From Octopus vulgaris (Eukaryota), in assembly GCA_951406725.2 (NCBI GenBank), contig OX597822.1:41788001-41852000 (forward strand): a DNA stretch of 64,000 bases, read 5' to 3'. This document shows positions 40,530-56,837 of this stretch, piece after piece; position 1 is the stretch's first letter; each line of letters begins with the position of its first letter. The notes below the pieces were generated by a model that did not search any database, had not been told where the DNA came from, and worked only from the letters and a program-made list of their open reading frames with translations. A program made the position numbers and the translations under genes.

Positions 40530-41144
40530 CCGCTCAGTTACCTCTGCAAGGGAAACAACCCACTCATTTACTGTAAGCTGAAAGAATGGAAATAATTGTT
40601 CCCCCTCCCTCCCTATTCTAGACAAGACGTGTGTCTGTCGAGTCCCAATAGTCAAGCAAATAACATACTGCCCTGCCTCCTCCCAATAAGTCTCACCAGT
40701 TCAAATCCACTATACCTTTCATTTTGTTTCTTGACAAAACAGCGTATTCTAAATACAACCAGATCATCTGGTGAATGTTAACTGTAATAGACCAGTGTTA
40801 TATCCTATGAGAGATTTAGCTCAAATCTGTTCAAATCCACAAAACGTGAACTCCAGTAATTTGGAGGCTATTACAGTGTATGTAACGGCTTGCATGGTTA
40901 TTAAAGTTTATATTTATATAATTGTGTGTTTATGGTTGGTTATGTTTCAATATAATTGTGTTATATTTCAGGAATACTGGAATATCAGTCGCATATTATT
41001 TATGTGTGATTGATATCAAAGTTATGTCTGTCTGTCTATCTCATATCCCCTGTGGACACTACATCTTCCGACCATGCCTTTACAAGGTAGTCTCTTATAA
41101 TCTACAAGCAATAAACATATATACATACAGTATACATATATATC

Positions 41145-41203
<59 letters not shown>

Positions 41204-41321
41204 AGAGAGAGAGAGAGCAAAAGAGGAATATAGAAAATATTTTGTTGTTATTAAAAAATTTTTCCATATTCCTATTTTGTTATATAACTCTGCCAACAAT
41301 TTACAACTCTAATATGTACCT

Positions 41322-41537
41322 CAAAGGCGGAGAGCTGGCAGAAACGTTAGCACATGGAGCAAAATGCTTAGCAGTATTTCATCTTTATATTCTGAGTTCA
41401 AATTCCACCAAGGTCAACTTTGCCTTTCATTCTTTTGGGGTCGATAAATTATGTACCAGTTGCATACTGGAGTCAATCTAATCGACTGGCCCCTACCCCC
41501 AAAAATTTCAGGCCTTGTTCCTAGAGTAGTAAGGAAT
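41322..41537 (+). mobile_element. Nin/Deu-domain SINE with TSD gtacctcaaa
   Basis: aaggcggagagctggcagaaacgttagc head, B-box gagttcaaattcc, gcctttcat..ggggtcgataaatt domain. Confidence 0.85.
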
Positions 41538-41813
41538 ACGTACCTCAAATCAGTATGATGATGACAACAAGTACATACTGGATCGTAATACTGGAATAAG
41601 CAAATGGGCTTTAAGTGGACAATGCTTGGATGTTTTCCTTACCCACAATGTGTGTGTGTATGTGTATACATATTTGTATATATATATATGTGTGTATATA
41701 TGTATATGTGTGTGTATATGTATGCATATATTTGTATATATGTGTATATTATATATGTATATATGTGCATGCATATATATGTATTTATGTGTATATATAT
41801 GTGTGTATGTATG

Positions 41814-41846
<33 letters not shown>

Positions 41847-41955
41847 GCATGTGTGTGCATATATATATATATATACACACACATACATATATATGTGTAC
41901 ATATTCATATTTATTTATACATATATACATACATATATATATATATATATATATT

Positions 41956-42890
<935 letters not shown>

Positions 42891-43296
42891 GCATGTAGAT
42901 ATTTTCATCTCCCATGCTGGCATGTGTTGATGATCTGACAGGATCCAGCAGGTCTAAGGATTGATTGTACTCCAATATCTGCTTTGGCATTGCTTCTATG
43001 ACTATATGCCCTTCCTAATGCCAACCACTTTACAGAATGGCACCAGCACTAAGGAGGTCACCATGGAGCTTGCAAGACTAAGATCTCATTTAACTAAGTT
43101 TGTAATAAAAAGATACAAGATGGACAAATGCGAACATATCACATTTTATCATGCATCTCATTTATAAAAGATGTTATATGAACATAAACAAAATATAGTT
43201 AGTGAAACAGGAATAATTCTTTACAGCTGTTTCAAAAATTCAGTGATTGGTTCATGTAATAGTTTTTTTTACCATCATGTGTGAATAATTATATAT

Positions 43297-43507
43297 TAGG
43301 GTGTCCATAAATTATCATTACAACTTGCACAATTTATCATCTAGGTGTCTTGTGTGCAACTAATGGAGTTCATGTGGAAGTGTCCTGAAGTTTGTAATAA
43401 AAATTTATTTGTTTACCTATGTTTTCCAATAAACTCTGCTGAACTATTATCATTTTTCAATTTTTTCTGAATTTTTCAAATTGTAAAAGTAATTTATGAA
43501 CACCCTG
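43297..43507. mobile_element. Tc1/mariner-type MITE
   Basis: agggtgtccataaatta / taatttatgaacaccctg inverted ends. Confidence 0.65.
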
Positions 43508-44057
43508 TATTAATACACATGAAACATATAGAAAGCATTGTAAATGCATAGACGTAAAACATCAAGATATTAAAGTCAGAGGTACACTAGATTAAAAGAG
43601 CCATCTGTGTATCATATGTAATGCAAATATTTCCCCGAAAAAAAAATTTACTCGTGTATTTGTCAAGAGCTACTATCTCTTATGGGCATACATTTTTTTC
43701 TGATGAGAATGACCTAGCTTTGCTTATCAGATCCATAGGAACTTATTTTACACACACCTAACGACATCGTTGGCCTTTATTATGTATAAACATGGTTACA
43801 GCATATGGTGCTCTCAAAATAGTTATCAAGATATGTCTATTACATAACTCCTTTTGTTTACTTTGTTTATTCTGTACTCTGTATTTTGTATTCCACGTAA
43901 ATATACACAGTGAGCCTATTTGTGTTTATCTGCCTTTCTACCTCTCTCTCCATTTCTCTCTCTCTCCATTTCTCTCTCTCTCACACACTCAGTATATAGA
44001 TAGATAGACGTGTGTGTATTTGCATAATGTAGTACCTACCTATCATATCTATCAGTC

Positions 44058-44112
<55 letters not shown>

Positions 44113-47100
44113 TTTTATTATTTTACTTGTTTCAGTCATTTGATTGCGGCCATGCTGGAGCACTTCTTTTAGTTGAGCAAATCGACCCCAGGACTTATTC
44201 TTTGTAATCCTAGTACTTATTCTATCGGTATCTTTTGCTGAACCGCTAAGTTACAGGGACATAAACTCACCAGCATTGGTTGTCAAGCTATGTGGGGGGG
44301 GGGGGGGGCAAACAAAGGCACACTAACATACACACACACATACATACATATATATATATATATACGACTGGCTTCTTTCAGTTTCCGTTTTTCAAATCCA
44401 CTCACAAGGCTTTGGTCAGCTCGAGACTATAGTAGAAGACACTTGCCCAAAGTGTCATGCAGTGAGACTGAACTCGGAACCATATGGTTGGTAAGCAGGC
44501 TACTTACCATGCAGCCACTCCTGCACCTATATGTATATGTATATGAGGAAGTTACAAGTTATATGCATTTGATTTTTAGCTGTAAATCACAAAGTAGATA
44601 AAGCTACAAATCATACATAACATATAAATATTGGCTTAAAATCTCTCTTGGATAGAAACAGTTGAACATACACACACATACACAATTATATGAGAGAGAG
44701 AGAGAGAGAGAGAGCGGAAACACATTCAAACACACAGTATTTGTTTATTTGTGACTGTATTCTTATTTTTGTTTTTATATAAGCACTACTAACATGTTTA
44801 TAGTCACATGTTTATATCTGTGTGTGTATATGTAGCTAATATTAATGTACACATTTATATATACACACATACATACATAAGTGCATATATGCATACCCCC
44901 CATCATACATCAATACTCATACACACACATACACATGCATACACGCACACACATACACATTCACATGCTATTAAAGTAGGTAAATATTTGTTAAAAGCCA
45001 TGAAATAATACTCCAGACAATTCCAAAAGTCTGAGTATCTCACGTCTGGCACCAGATTTTATTGATTGTTGAAACCTCAGTCAAAGTAATAAAGGAACTT
45101 GGAGAGGGGTTTTCACTGACTCCCGCCCAGTTTTAATGAGGTTCAATGTTCATTAAAATCCCTCTTGCATTGTCAAAGCCAGATTGTTAACTGAACTGGT
45201 AATGTATCATCTACTAGCTTCACTTCCTTGACGTTTTTTTTATGGAAATAAAGTTTTCTTGTGCCATCATCATCATCATAGTCTTCATCATCATCATCAT
45301 AATATTAAATTACTGGTCTAGCATCATTGAAGATTTTATGCCTAAAGGGGACATAGTAAAAAATTAGTACTATTAATGTTTCATTCTTCAGTCATCTGTC
45401 TCCACTTCTGTCTTTTATTCCACCCAATTCTATTGTTGTTATTCTTTAGCCCCAGGTCAACTCTAATGCACTCATCCTATGATCACTGATGCTCCAGGTC
45501 TGACCAGCACATCTTTTATTCAGATGTAGTGTATCTAGGACTACATTGTTTAATATATAGTATAGGAGTTAGTGTTAGTGGCAATGATCATGACAGCCAA
45601 GTCCATCATGATCATTGCCCTGCCACCTTCCCTCTGTCAGAGAGCCAGTTGGGCTATTGTGAAAGTGATTGTGTGACATTTGAGGTTGAAGGCCTGAGAA
45701 CAGAGACATTCCTGTATGGTAGAACTCTTGTTGACTAAGTTTCACTTCAAAAGGAAGGGCTGGACAAAGAGGGAATGTATGTATGTTTTTGTTATTGTGA
45801 CAAAACACATCTGCACTTGGTGATAAATACAAGAAATTATCCTCCTCCTCCTCATCATCATCACAGTAAACTCCCTCTTATCTGACACCAGTGGAGCTGA
45901 ATGACTGAATTTTCTAAATATCTGATCATCACTCTTTAAACTACCATACCACCTTACAACACTCGTTAAAATTTTGATATACATCCGCATTATCATTAAT
46001 ATATTTTGAATGTAATAGAAAGAAGAGAAAGAAGAAGAAATAAAATATGATTTAAGTAAAGAACCTAATAAAATACAGGTGGTGTAAATGCAGTAAAATA
46101 AATAATGATTTGTTTTAGAAACTTCCTTGTAATAGAAATTAATTAACATATGAAATTAATTAACCTGCAGATGTGTTTAGAGAAAAATTTGGTATCAGAT
46201 GAAACAGATAAGAGAGGAAACTGTGCTGGTTTGGTCATTTAATGTGTATGGATCAGGACAACTGTATAAAGAAGTGCTAATTGCTTGAAGTGTATGGAAC
46301 TTGTAGAAGACCCAAGGATGAAGTAGTGAAAGCCAATCTGTGGTTACTGAGCCTTACAGAGGAGAGAACAAAGGACTGTGATGATTGGTGTTTTGCTTTG
46401 CCCAAGAAGTCCCAGCCACCACCACAATGATAGTGAGGTTCTAAAAGCATTATGTTTATGCCTGTTCATGCTTGTCCCACACCCAATCTTCCCCCATCAC
46501 ACATCTCATCTTCTTAACTCCCATTCTTCTGTCACTTTTATATGTGTAGTAGCCATTATCTTCTTTATAGTGAGACACCTGTGCCTATTGCTCTATCATA
46601 CTTTATCCCTCAACACTTGGCACAAAGCCACCACCACCCCTCTCAAATACACTTCCATTCATTTGAAGAGGCTTTTTTTCTCTTCCTTTCTTTTCTTTAC
46701 TTCATCTTGCAAGTTACTTAATGACCTTACTAATGCTAGTATCACCAAAATAAAAATTAAAAAAATATCCAGCAAACATTATAAAGTGGTTGGAATTAGG
46801 AAGGGCACCCAGCCATAGAAATCATACCAAAGCCAACATTGGAGCCCAACATGATCAAACCATCCAACCCATACCAGCATGGAAAATGGATAGTAAATGA
46901 TGATCATCATCATCATGATCATGATAAGGTACAGGGAGAAGATTGAAACAATATCTCACATATTCACACACACATAACAGTGTATGATATATATATATAT
47001 ATATATATGTACATATACACATGAAACACGAATAGTTCATAAAGCTGAATGTATGTAACATTGCTCCCAGTAAATTGTCTAAAATCTGACCTTCTCACCT

Positions 47101-48567
47101 TTCCACACATTACATATCTGCTGTCATATTAGCTACCCCCTCCAGTTTTCTGTAAAGGTCACTGCAATATAGAGTTAAAAATTCTGCTTGACATTCTTGT
47201 TGAATTGGGTTAAGATGGAGATACTGAGAGGTGATTGATGTCCTTGTTGAAGTCTATCAGAAAGCCAAGCAGATTAATAAGTAATTTGTTGGTTCTAAGG
47301 TCACAATCTCTTGTCAAATTAATAAAGCAGATGCTGTAGGGGTCAGACCTAGTAATTTTAGGCTTGTACTGTATTTCCTTACTTCATTTATTTCTATAAC
47401 ATTTTCCTCCTTTAAAGTACTATAGGAAAATATGTATATAGTGTTTCACTGATACAGCTATAGAATATATACAGTTAAGGTTTCATTGATACTGTGAAAG
47501 AATATATATGGTTAGGATTTCATTGATTACTCCCAGACAATATATGGTGTTAGTGCCTCATTGACACTTTAAAATACTATGCAATCAATGTAGTTAGGCT
47601 GTCACTAACACAGCCAAACTTGCAACATTCAGATAGGCACCCGAAGTCATCCCAATCATACTGTAATGGTGTACCCTACTGAATAAGGCGTATTTCTCTG
47701 CTGGTCACAGATAAATCATCATTGTAGGAAAGGACATGCATTGGAATCTAACTATCAAACTATATAATCAAATGTGAACAATCAACATACACCTAGAGGT
47801 AATCCAGTGGTGTAATATAATCCAAGGAGGTAATCCATGATGTAAGATAATCGAAGAGTTAAAGTATTTCAAAGTATTAGTCATATTGATACAATACCCA
47901 ACAGTCTATTTGCAAATATGTAACTTTACAACCCATCCAACCCATGTACATTGGGAATACTGAAAATTGATTATAAATAACTGTTTTATCTGCTTGAATG
48001 TAAAGCTTTATTCCCCAGGGTCCCTTGTCTGTAGTTCAGGTCACTCAACAAGTCTCTTTACTATTTTTGCTATCCTTATTTAATCTAAGAAACAGCTACT
48101 GCTTATCTTTTCATGAACCCTTCTGTTTTTGGCAGTTGGTGACTTATTTGCTTTAACACCATTAACTGGTCCTTGAGAGCTTTTAACGGGAGTCACTTCA
48201 TTACAAGCATTCGTCCAGGCTTCTGTGAGCAGTAGTGGTGTAGTGAGTCCAATCTGTCTCCCACCATTCTTAGGGATTATTGCTAAGGACCTCAGGGGTA
48301 GCTTTCGCTCTTATCACAAACTTTTGAGTTGAGTGCAGTTAATATTTGCGGGTGTATGTAGCAGCAGTGAGTATATAAATACATCTGTGTTATGTTTATG
48401 TAATCTATGTAAGCCACATGGACTGAGAGTTAAAGGATGAATAGGTGAAATTAGTGTTACATTATACAACCTGAACTGTTTCAGATGTATATCACTGATT
48501 ATTGGTTTGTATGTGCGTGCATATGTATGTTTGTATGTATGTATGTATGTATGTTTGTATGTATGTA

Positions 48568-48612
<45 letters not shown>

Positions 48613-49479
48613 CTGTTATACACACACAAATTACAATGCAGTTGGGGTCATTTCTTACTGGAAACTGCTACTCTTTAAGACTTAGTGCTCTCCCTTGCCA
48701 TTTGGCTTGGTGTCTACAGTTGAATGCTCTTGTATCATCAACCATTTTACAGTGTACTGGAGTGCATTTTCTTAGGGCACCAACACTAGCATATTAAGTA
48801 ACCTAAAGAATGTAGAGGGGGTGGATAGGAAGGAGGTCAATGATAGAAGAAAAACTAGTACTAGACTGTCGAGAGAAATGGGATAGGAATGTAAGTGTAG
48901 ATAGTTTCCCAGTAACCTAGGGCATGTACATTTGCTCAGGTGGTCACCTGGGGCTAGGGGAGAGAGAGAGATAGGGAGGGAGGGAATAATATATCAAAAG
49001 AACCAGAATGGGCAAGCAGGTGGAAAGGGCAAGAGTATGATAGGAAAAAAATTATGGGAAAGCAGAGGAAAGTATGATGAGGAAGGCAGCAGGATCGTAG
49101 GGGTAGAATTGGTAGTGATTGGCAGAAATAGAGGTGAACAAAAGTAGAGATGGGTAATGACATAAAGGCAAGAATAAATGGGGTGGCATTAGATATGGCC
49201 CTTAAGAGTGAGTGTGCAGGTTGATAGTACAGCAAGCGAAAAGCTAGAGTGTGTTGGATAGGGAAGTAGGGTGATCTAATGCAGCTTGCTATATGTGGGC
49301 CTATTGAGGAGTGAAGTGAAGTGCACACATCATTCTTTTGTGTGCACAGGTGATGGGGAGAAGAGAGAAATAGGGAGCTATGAGTGATTAAAAGACAGGA
49401 GTCATGAGGGAAAGGACTGGGTAATTGATTTGTGAAGATGTAAAATGAGGGGGCAGTAGGCTTCTAAAAACACTCTCCT

Positions 49480-50700
49480 TGTGTCAAGGTTCATTTTGCC
49501 ATCATTGGACAAGTCTTCAGTAACACTGCATATTGCCAATCAGTACAGTCCTCAGTCATCTCATCTATAAGATGTAGCATCTTCAGATCAGCCTCCACCA
49601 TACTCTTGTTTGTCTTTTGTTTACACTAAGTACAGCATATGGAGTGTATACACACTCCTTTTTGCATATCAAGCAAGGCCTTTTGTCTGATGATATTGAT
49701 AGATTTCCTATCTTCTTTCTTACTTGCTGACACCCTAGTTTTGCTAAGGTTACCTTGAAGCTTCTTGATTTTAGGTTCAACTTCCATGCCTGGAATATCT
49801 TCTCTAATTCCACAAAGAACTAGATGATCTGTGTGTGGGAGTACCCACAGATATGGGAATACCCACAGACAGCTATTTTAAATGCCACTACAATGGCCTG
49901 TAGGACTATAATGAACTGGAGAAGGCTAAGGACTGATTCATAACGAACTTTTATATTCATGTTAAATTCATTGCTTAATGTTGCTGATTCTCACAAACTG
50001 CATATTTGTACGTGGTTGAACAGCCCTCACAAGTTATTCATCTACACTTCATTTTCTTAGTGACCACCAAATTATTGAGTATGGCACTCTGTCAAAAACC
50101 TTCTCCAAATCAACAAATGCTTGGAATTGTTGTTTACTCTTAGCCAAGTATTTCTCCTACAGTTCTCTAAAAAAAAACAAAAAAACACTGGAGCTGGTGC
50201 CATATAAAAAGCACCCAATACACTCTATGAAGTGAGTGATGTTAGGAAGGGCATCTAGCCAGAGAAATCAAGCCAAAACAGACTATGGAACATGGTGCAG
50301 CTTCTGACCTTGCCAGCTCCTGTCAAACCATCCAACCCATGCCAGCATGGAAAACAAATGTTAAATGATGATGATAATGATGATGATGATCATCATTATC
50401 ATCATCATGATTCTCTCACTAAGAAGATTGCATCCATGATTCTTCTTTTGAGCATGAAACCAGACTGCAATTCATCTAGGTTGACTCCATTTCAACTTAA
50501 CTGTGCTCTGACTCTCTCTAAGGCATTTTCTTTGCCCTTGTAGCAGTTTCCAGTGATATTGCAATGCCAATCAGTAAATACAGCTCCTTCCTGTATTTCT
50601 TCATTAACTATTTAGATCCCTCCTCACCTATTATTAAAGACAATGTTTCCTATTTTCATGTCTTTGACCACTCTATCTCCCATGCCGCTGTCTACTTGAA
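49480..50700 (-). mobile_element. RTE-clade LINE fragment, same family as 2570-3800, interrupted by a SINE (~50188-50410)
   Basis: Minus-strand FVDLEKVFDRVP..IWWSLRK and ELEKIFQAWKLNL. Confidence 0.75.
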
Positions 50701-51503
50701 TTGTTGACTAACCTTAATAAGGTACATTGGATAATGTAGTCCAAGGTAGATTAAGACAAGATGACTTGTTCTTCCATATCATGTACATGTGGAGATGACA
50801 GAACTGTTAGATCCAACATTGGCAACAAGAGAGTGTGTGCAGTGGGGTCCTCAACCTAATGATGGCCAAAGATCTGTGGATTAGTGACAAGTTTATGTCT
50901 GATCATTTGTAGATGGCTATCTGCATAATTAGGTGTTAACAACAACAACAGCAGCTATCTTTTCATCAGTAGCCACCCACTCCTCTTTAGCATCTGTTCT
51001 CTTACTATGCTCCCACTTCTTCCCCTGGGCGACAAAGGAATATGCACTTGTTCTAATATGTGCACATACATGTGTGTGCATGCCTGCAATACTAGTGCAG
51101 TTGTGAAGTGACAGATATGTCAGTAGATATACCGATAGAGATATGATAGATAGATAGACAGACAGACAGACAGATAGATAGATAGATTGACAGGCAGACA
51201 GGTAGGTAGGTAGGTAAGTAGATAGGTAGGTAAGTAATGAGATAGATAGGTTAAAAAAAATAGGTAGGAAGGTAGGTTGGTTGTTTATTGATGTGAAGTG
51301 TAAAGACAGTTTAAGGTCAGAAGAGATTGAGAACTGTAGTGGGAAGCAGGTTGACAGTTGTGTCTGGGTAGAGAACAACAATTATAAATTGTATTAGCTA
51401 ACTTTGTGTCCTGTCATTGAGGGAGAGAGGACAGGCTGTAGAGGAAACGATGACTGAAAGGCCAAACTGTGTATGTGAGGGACAGAGGGGTGGGTAGAGA
51501 GGC

Positions 51504-51561
<58 letters not shown>

Positions 51562-52489
51562 ATTGTACATGTATATGGGTGTGTGTATTTGTGTCACTGT
51601 GCATGTATGTCTATACACACATACACCACCACCAACAGCAAACATAATACATGCACAAAACACACACACACACATACACACATGTGAATACACACATATT
51701 CATAGATAAAAATTAAAAGTGAAAGAAGAGGAACAGAGTAATGAAAATAAGAATAAGAAAGGGGTAGGAGAATAGGAATGAGAGAAGTAATGTGAACACA
51801 TGAAGGGATCAGTGCATTTGGTGCACAATTTAGGGGCCAGTGTAAGCAACTGGTGGTGCTGGTGGTAAGGATATTGGTTGAGCCAAAGTCTCAGTCCAAC
51901 TGCTCACACCTTTTCTATTATTTTGTATGTAGACTTTTGTATTTTAGTTTTCCACCCAGGTCTGTATGCCACCCCTGTCACTGCCACACGACACTACCAC
52001 CATCACCATCACCACCACCACCACCACAGTGTACTACCACAACTCTCACTACTACACCACACCCACTACCCTTATCATACCACAGCCCTACCCACCCTAA
52101 CCCCACTGTGTTTTCCTGTTAATTTAAATCTTTTATTTTTGTTTTTCCTGTGAAGTTTCTCTGACATTTCAAAAAATATTGTAACTATTACTGCTACTAT
52201 ATTCACAACCACCACCTCAGCTAGTACTACCACCACCACCACTACTACTACAACAACACCAGTTCTTGGAAAGTTTTCTGTTGTAATTCCTGTAGTAGTC
52301 ATAGTAGTAGTAGTGTACTTTATAATACCCTCCACCCTTCTTCATGTTTCTTTTTCTCCACCCCACCCTACTCTCCAATTTTAATATTTATTTTATGGTG
52401 GGAAATATTCTACTGTCAACAATTTTATGTTCCATTAAGTTTGAGCCTAAAGCTTGTAGTGTTTCTTCTGTGTCTCTGAGTAACCATAA

Positions 52490-52800
52490 TGTCTACTCTC
52501 TCGTGTACTATGACTATAATACCATAGAGTCTGGTCTTTCATATTCTGTAATATAGTCCATTATACCAGGTCTCTCACATACTGTGGCTATAATATCATA
52601 GTGTTTGCTCTCTCACACACTATCATATAGTACTATAGTATTAGGTCTCTCATTCTATAATATAGTCCATAGTGCCTGATCCCTCACATACTATAGCTGT
52701 GATACCATAGTGTGTCTCTCACATACTATAGCTACTAATACCATAGTATCTGTTCTCTCAGGTACTATTATACAGTAATACTATAGTGTCTGATCTCTCT
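52490..52800. repeat. Degenerate tandem repeat
   Basis: Recurrent tactatagct..ataccatagtgtct.gtctctcaca; similar local arrays at 15100-15550, 34540-34770, 36130-36302, 47420-47570, 58940-59140. Confidence 0.65.
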
Positions 52801-53562
52801 CTTTCTAGTAATTCATAATCTAGTTCAGAGTTGGAGAATTTATGGCCTTCAGAAGAGCCAGGGGCAGCCTTCCATAAGAAGTGCAGTACTATTTGAGGGC
52901 AGATCATTGTACTGAAATGTTAATTTCATTTCATTTAAAGCCAATTTTTCCACTCAAGAATTTTAGAAACACTTTTTCTATTTCTTTATCTACATTTGCA
53001 ATTATGTAATGTAATTACCGGTACTGCACATATCAGAATTCTGAAAAAAGTTTTGAAAATGAATAATAAAGGTCACAGCAGGGGAACTTCTCCCTAAACA
53101 AACTTTTTTTTTCCTTTTAAATTTTGAAGTTTTTTATGAATGATTATATTCATCATCATCATCATTTGTTTCTATAATAGGCACAAGGCCAGAAATTTGG
53201 GGTGAGGAAGCAAATCAATCATATTGACCCCAGTGCTCAACTGGTACTTCATTGACCCCAGAAGGATGAAATGCAAAGTCAACCTTGGTGGAATTTGAAC
53301 TCAGAATCTAAAAATAAATGACATGTTGCTAAGCATTTTGTCTGGTATGCTAATGATTCTGCCAGCTTACCGCCTTTTTTATCCTATAAAATAATAATGG
53401 CATAAACATTTTTCAGAAATGCACCCTTGTCAAATCACAGTTAACTTCAATGTGGTTTTGTCAAATGATAGTTGATTTCAATGTAATCTTTGGCAGTTAG
53501 CTTCAATGTGGATTTTCAACTTAAAAAAAAATTCCCCACTTCTAGTCTCACACAATATAGAG

Positions 53563-53604
<42 letters not shown>

Positions 53605-53829
53605 TGCATGCACACACATTCATCCTATATAGTCTTGTATATCTCATCTCACCCACATAGTGTCTTCTCACTCTCTCTCTCTCTCTCTAAATGTTTTGTT
53701 TAAAATGTAGTTTACAGTAAATGTAAACTTTTCTAACTGATTTTGCATCAGTACTTTATTAGTTAATAAAGTTACTGCCAGCAATGCATTATTAAAACAA
53801 ATCAGAATCTCCAATCTAGTGGAACCCTT

Positions 53830-54210
53830 AATTGTAGTATATATAAATAGTACCTCTAAGGACAGTTATAGATTGGTGTCCAGTTCCTAAAGAGATCTTT
53901 GTCAGCATCAAATACTGTAAAGAGAAGCAACTCCAAAACTAAGAGACTAGGTTTCTCTTATAAGAAATCAATCCAAATATTTTGACTGGTGGTGCTTTTC
54001 GGTTGCCAGGTTGTTGTAAAATACAAGTTAGAGGTGCTAAACAATGATTGCAATAAATATTAATTTGCTATCAGTTCAAATATGCTTTAGAAGTATTTGA
54101 ACCCGCAAGAAGGCTATTCACTGCAGTTTGTCATGAAGAAATATTCTCGCTGTACACAAAAAGGTAATTGATGCTGAAGAGAAGATAACTACTCTGAAAT
54201 TCGTGCATCA
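53830..54210 (+). mobile_element. Highly degenerate Penelope-like GIY-YIG 3' end with decayed hammerhead
   Basis: Translated remnants IYK*YL*GQL*IG, YFDW and LNPQEGYSL, followed by tgatg-CTGAAGA-gaag..ctct-GAAA-ttcg-tg-catca at 54169-54210. Confidence 0.5.
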
Positions 54211-54592
54211 TCAATCCAGAAGGGGGCACTTCGAAATGATGTGCTTACTCTTTTTGTTGACAGCAAGAATACTTCTCTACAACCATATTTGAACCAGTAA
54301 CGTGTTTATACATCTTGCTTAATCACTGCTTAGCACTTCTAATCCATATTTTGCTAATTCTAATTTTCCTTTCTTTGCATTTTTTAAACAGATTTCTCAT
54401 GACTGCTAAGGGGCCTGCCCAGATTTCTAAAATCCCTCCCCCACACACATACACGTATGTATGTATGTATATGTGTGTGTGTATGTATGTATGTATGTGA
54501 ATATTAAGTTCTATCACTGGTTTATATCACTGCCTAAACAAAATATTAAAATACAGATAGTGATAGACAGACAGACAGACACACACGCACGT

Positions 54593-54646
<54 letters not shown>

Positions 54647-55818
54647 CAGAAGATCTGTGTGTTTGTGTACATTCTTCATTGATAGGATTTTTCTGCTCCA
54701 GTGAAGGGCCCAGCCCCGAACAACAGTCACAATTTCCCCCTCCCACTCTACATGACCCTGCCCCTCTTAGTGAACTATTTTACTGTTGGTCTCCCATCAG
54801 ACCCTTACACGCGGCTATATATAGCAGGGATCATGTCACACGAAGTGTTCCCCACCCACCCACTCCACAACCACCACCCAAACATCACTGCTTCAACTGG
54901 TTTTTATCTCCGCTTACACTCAAATATTTGACCTTACGCTATAGAAGTAGCTATAACTACTATTACTACTACCACTACTACTATCACTTTGACTATCACA
55001 ACAATAACATGACCCTTACCTTTTCTATTAAAGGAAACTAGGGAGAGGTGGCGGTGGTGGTCTCCTTACAGTGAAGTTAGTGAGGTTGGATAATTTGGTG
55101 GTGGTTTGGTGAGGAGTTCTGTGGTGTGGTGGTTTGAAGTGCAACTCTTTGGTATTGTGGTTGATGTTGAAAGGAATGGTATAGTTGTCTGGTGGTATGG
55201 AGAAGAATTAAATGGCATGGCATGGTATGGTATGGTATTGTAGCCGGTTGTGATGTGATGTAGGGCGGGGATAGTGTTTTTAAGACCGAACCTTCATCTT
55301 CGAAAATTATTCAGCTGGGTGATTAAGGGTTTGGATTAGATGCCAGTTCTTACCACAACTTATGTAATTTACTACACACACACACACACACACACATTTG
55401 GCACATCATCACTACAAACTATAACTACTAATCTACAAGGTAGATAGATAGATACATACATACATACATACATACATACATACATAGATACATACATACA
55501 TACATACATACATACATAGCTAGATACATGCATGCATGCATGCATGCATACTTACATACATGCATACATACGTAGATAATCTTTTAGTTGTTTCAGTCAT
55601 TGAACTGTGGCCAGGCTGGGGCACTGCCTTGAAGGGCTTAGTTGAACAAATTAACCCCAGTACTTATTTTTTCAAGCATAGTACTTGTTTTATAGATTTA
55701 TTTCACCAAAACACTAATTTACAAGGGACAGAGACAAACCAACACCAGTTGTCAGACAATGTTTGGGAACAAACACACACACACACACACATCTATCTAT
55801 CTATCCAACTATATATAT

Positions 55819-56189
55819 AGGTGTGGCTGTGTGGTAAGAAGCTTCGTTCCCAACCACATGGTTCCAGGTTCATTCCTACTGCGTGGCACCTTGGGCAAGT
55901 ACCTTCTAAGCCTTGGGCTAACCAAAGCCTTGTGAGTGGATTTGGTAGACAGAAACTGAAAGAAGCCGGTCATATATATCTCTCTCTATATATAAGGCAG
56001 TTTGTTTGTACCCCCACCATCACTTGACAACTGATGCTGGCATGTTTACCTCCCCGTAACTTAGCGGTTCAATGAAACAGACTAATAGAATATGTACTAG
56101 GCTTACAAAGAACAAGTCTTGGGGTCAGTTTGTTTGACTAAAGGCAGTGCTCCAGCATAGCCACAGTCAAATAATTGAAACAAATAAAA

Positions 56190-56190
<1 letters not shown>
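55819..56190 (+). mobile_element. tRNA-derived SINE with internal microsatellite
   Basis: ggtgtggctgtgtggtaagaagctt..ggcaccttgggcaagt..gtggatttggtagac..aaagaagcc..actgaaacaa. Copies near 1215-1350, 8953-9110, 11130-11480(-), 11745-11880(-), 12440-12585(-), 21270-21633, 27030-27710, 44113-44527(-), 55580-55770(-). Confidence 0.8.
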
Positions 56191-56243
<53 letters not shown>

Positions 56244-56791
56244 CTCTTCTGTGTACAGTTAAATATTCAACTGATACTGTTGATTTTTGAGCTCCATAGA
56301 TTTTCACCATTCACTGTGCTTTCATTATCATGCTTAAGTTACTACTATATTTAGTAGTATTCATCACCACTAAGTACTAATGCCTAGTAGTATTCATTAC
56401 TGATTATGATATACAGATAAAATGTAGGGGAAATTATGGTAAACACAAGTCTGTATCATTTGATCCCTATCTATGATTTACCATTTTGGTTGTTTGGAAC
56501 CTCAGCATTGGATGTTCAAAGTGCATTTAGATACTTAACCGGAACATTTCATCAGGGGACCATTTTGCTGCATTATGTTACAGAAAGTAGACCTCAGTGA
56601 GATTTGAGCTTAGAATACAGAGTTAATAAGAAATTAATAGAAGGTATTTAGTCTTAACTGACAAACTTAACTACTCTTTAGTTCAAGCTTAACTGTGTAA
56701 CAGTTGTCTACCTTTAATTATCTCTTGTCTTTATCTCACCTGCTTCACACTTTCTTTCTCCCTTCTTCTGCTTGAAGCAGCAATAACAGGG

Positions 56792-56837
<46 letters not shown>

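Noticed and set aside
54800-54845. TATA-like gctatatatagc with nearby CpGs
   Set aside because: TA runs are ubiquitous here and there is no downstream exon evidence
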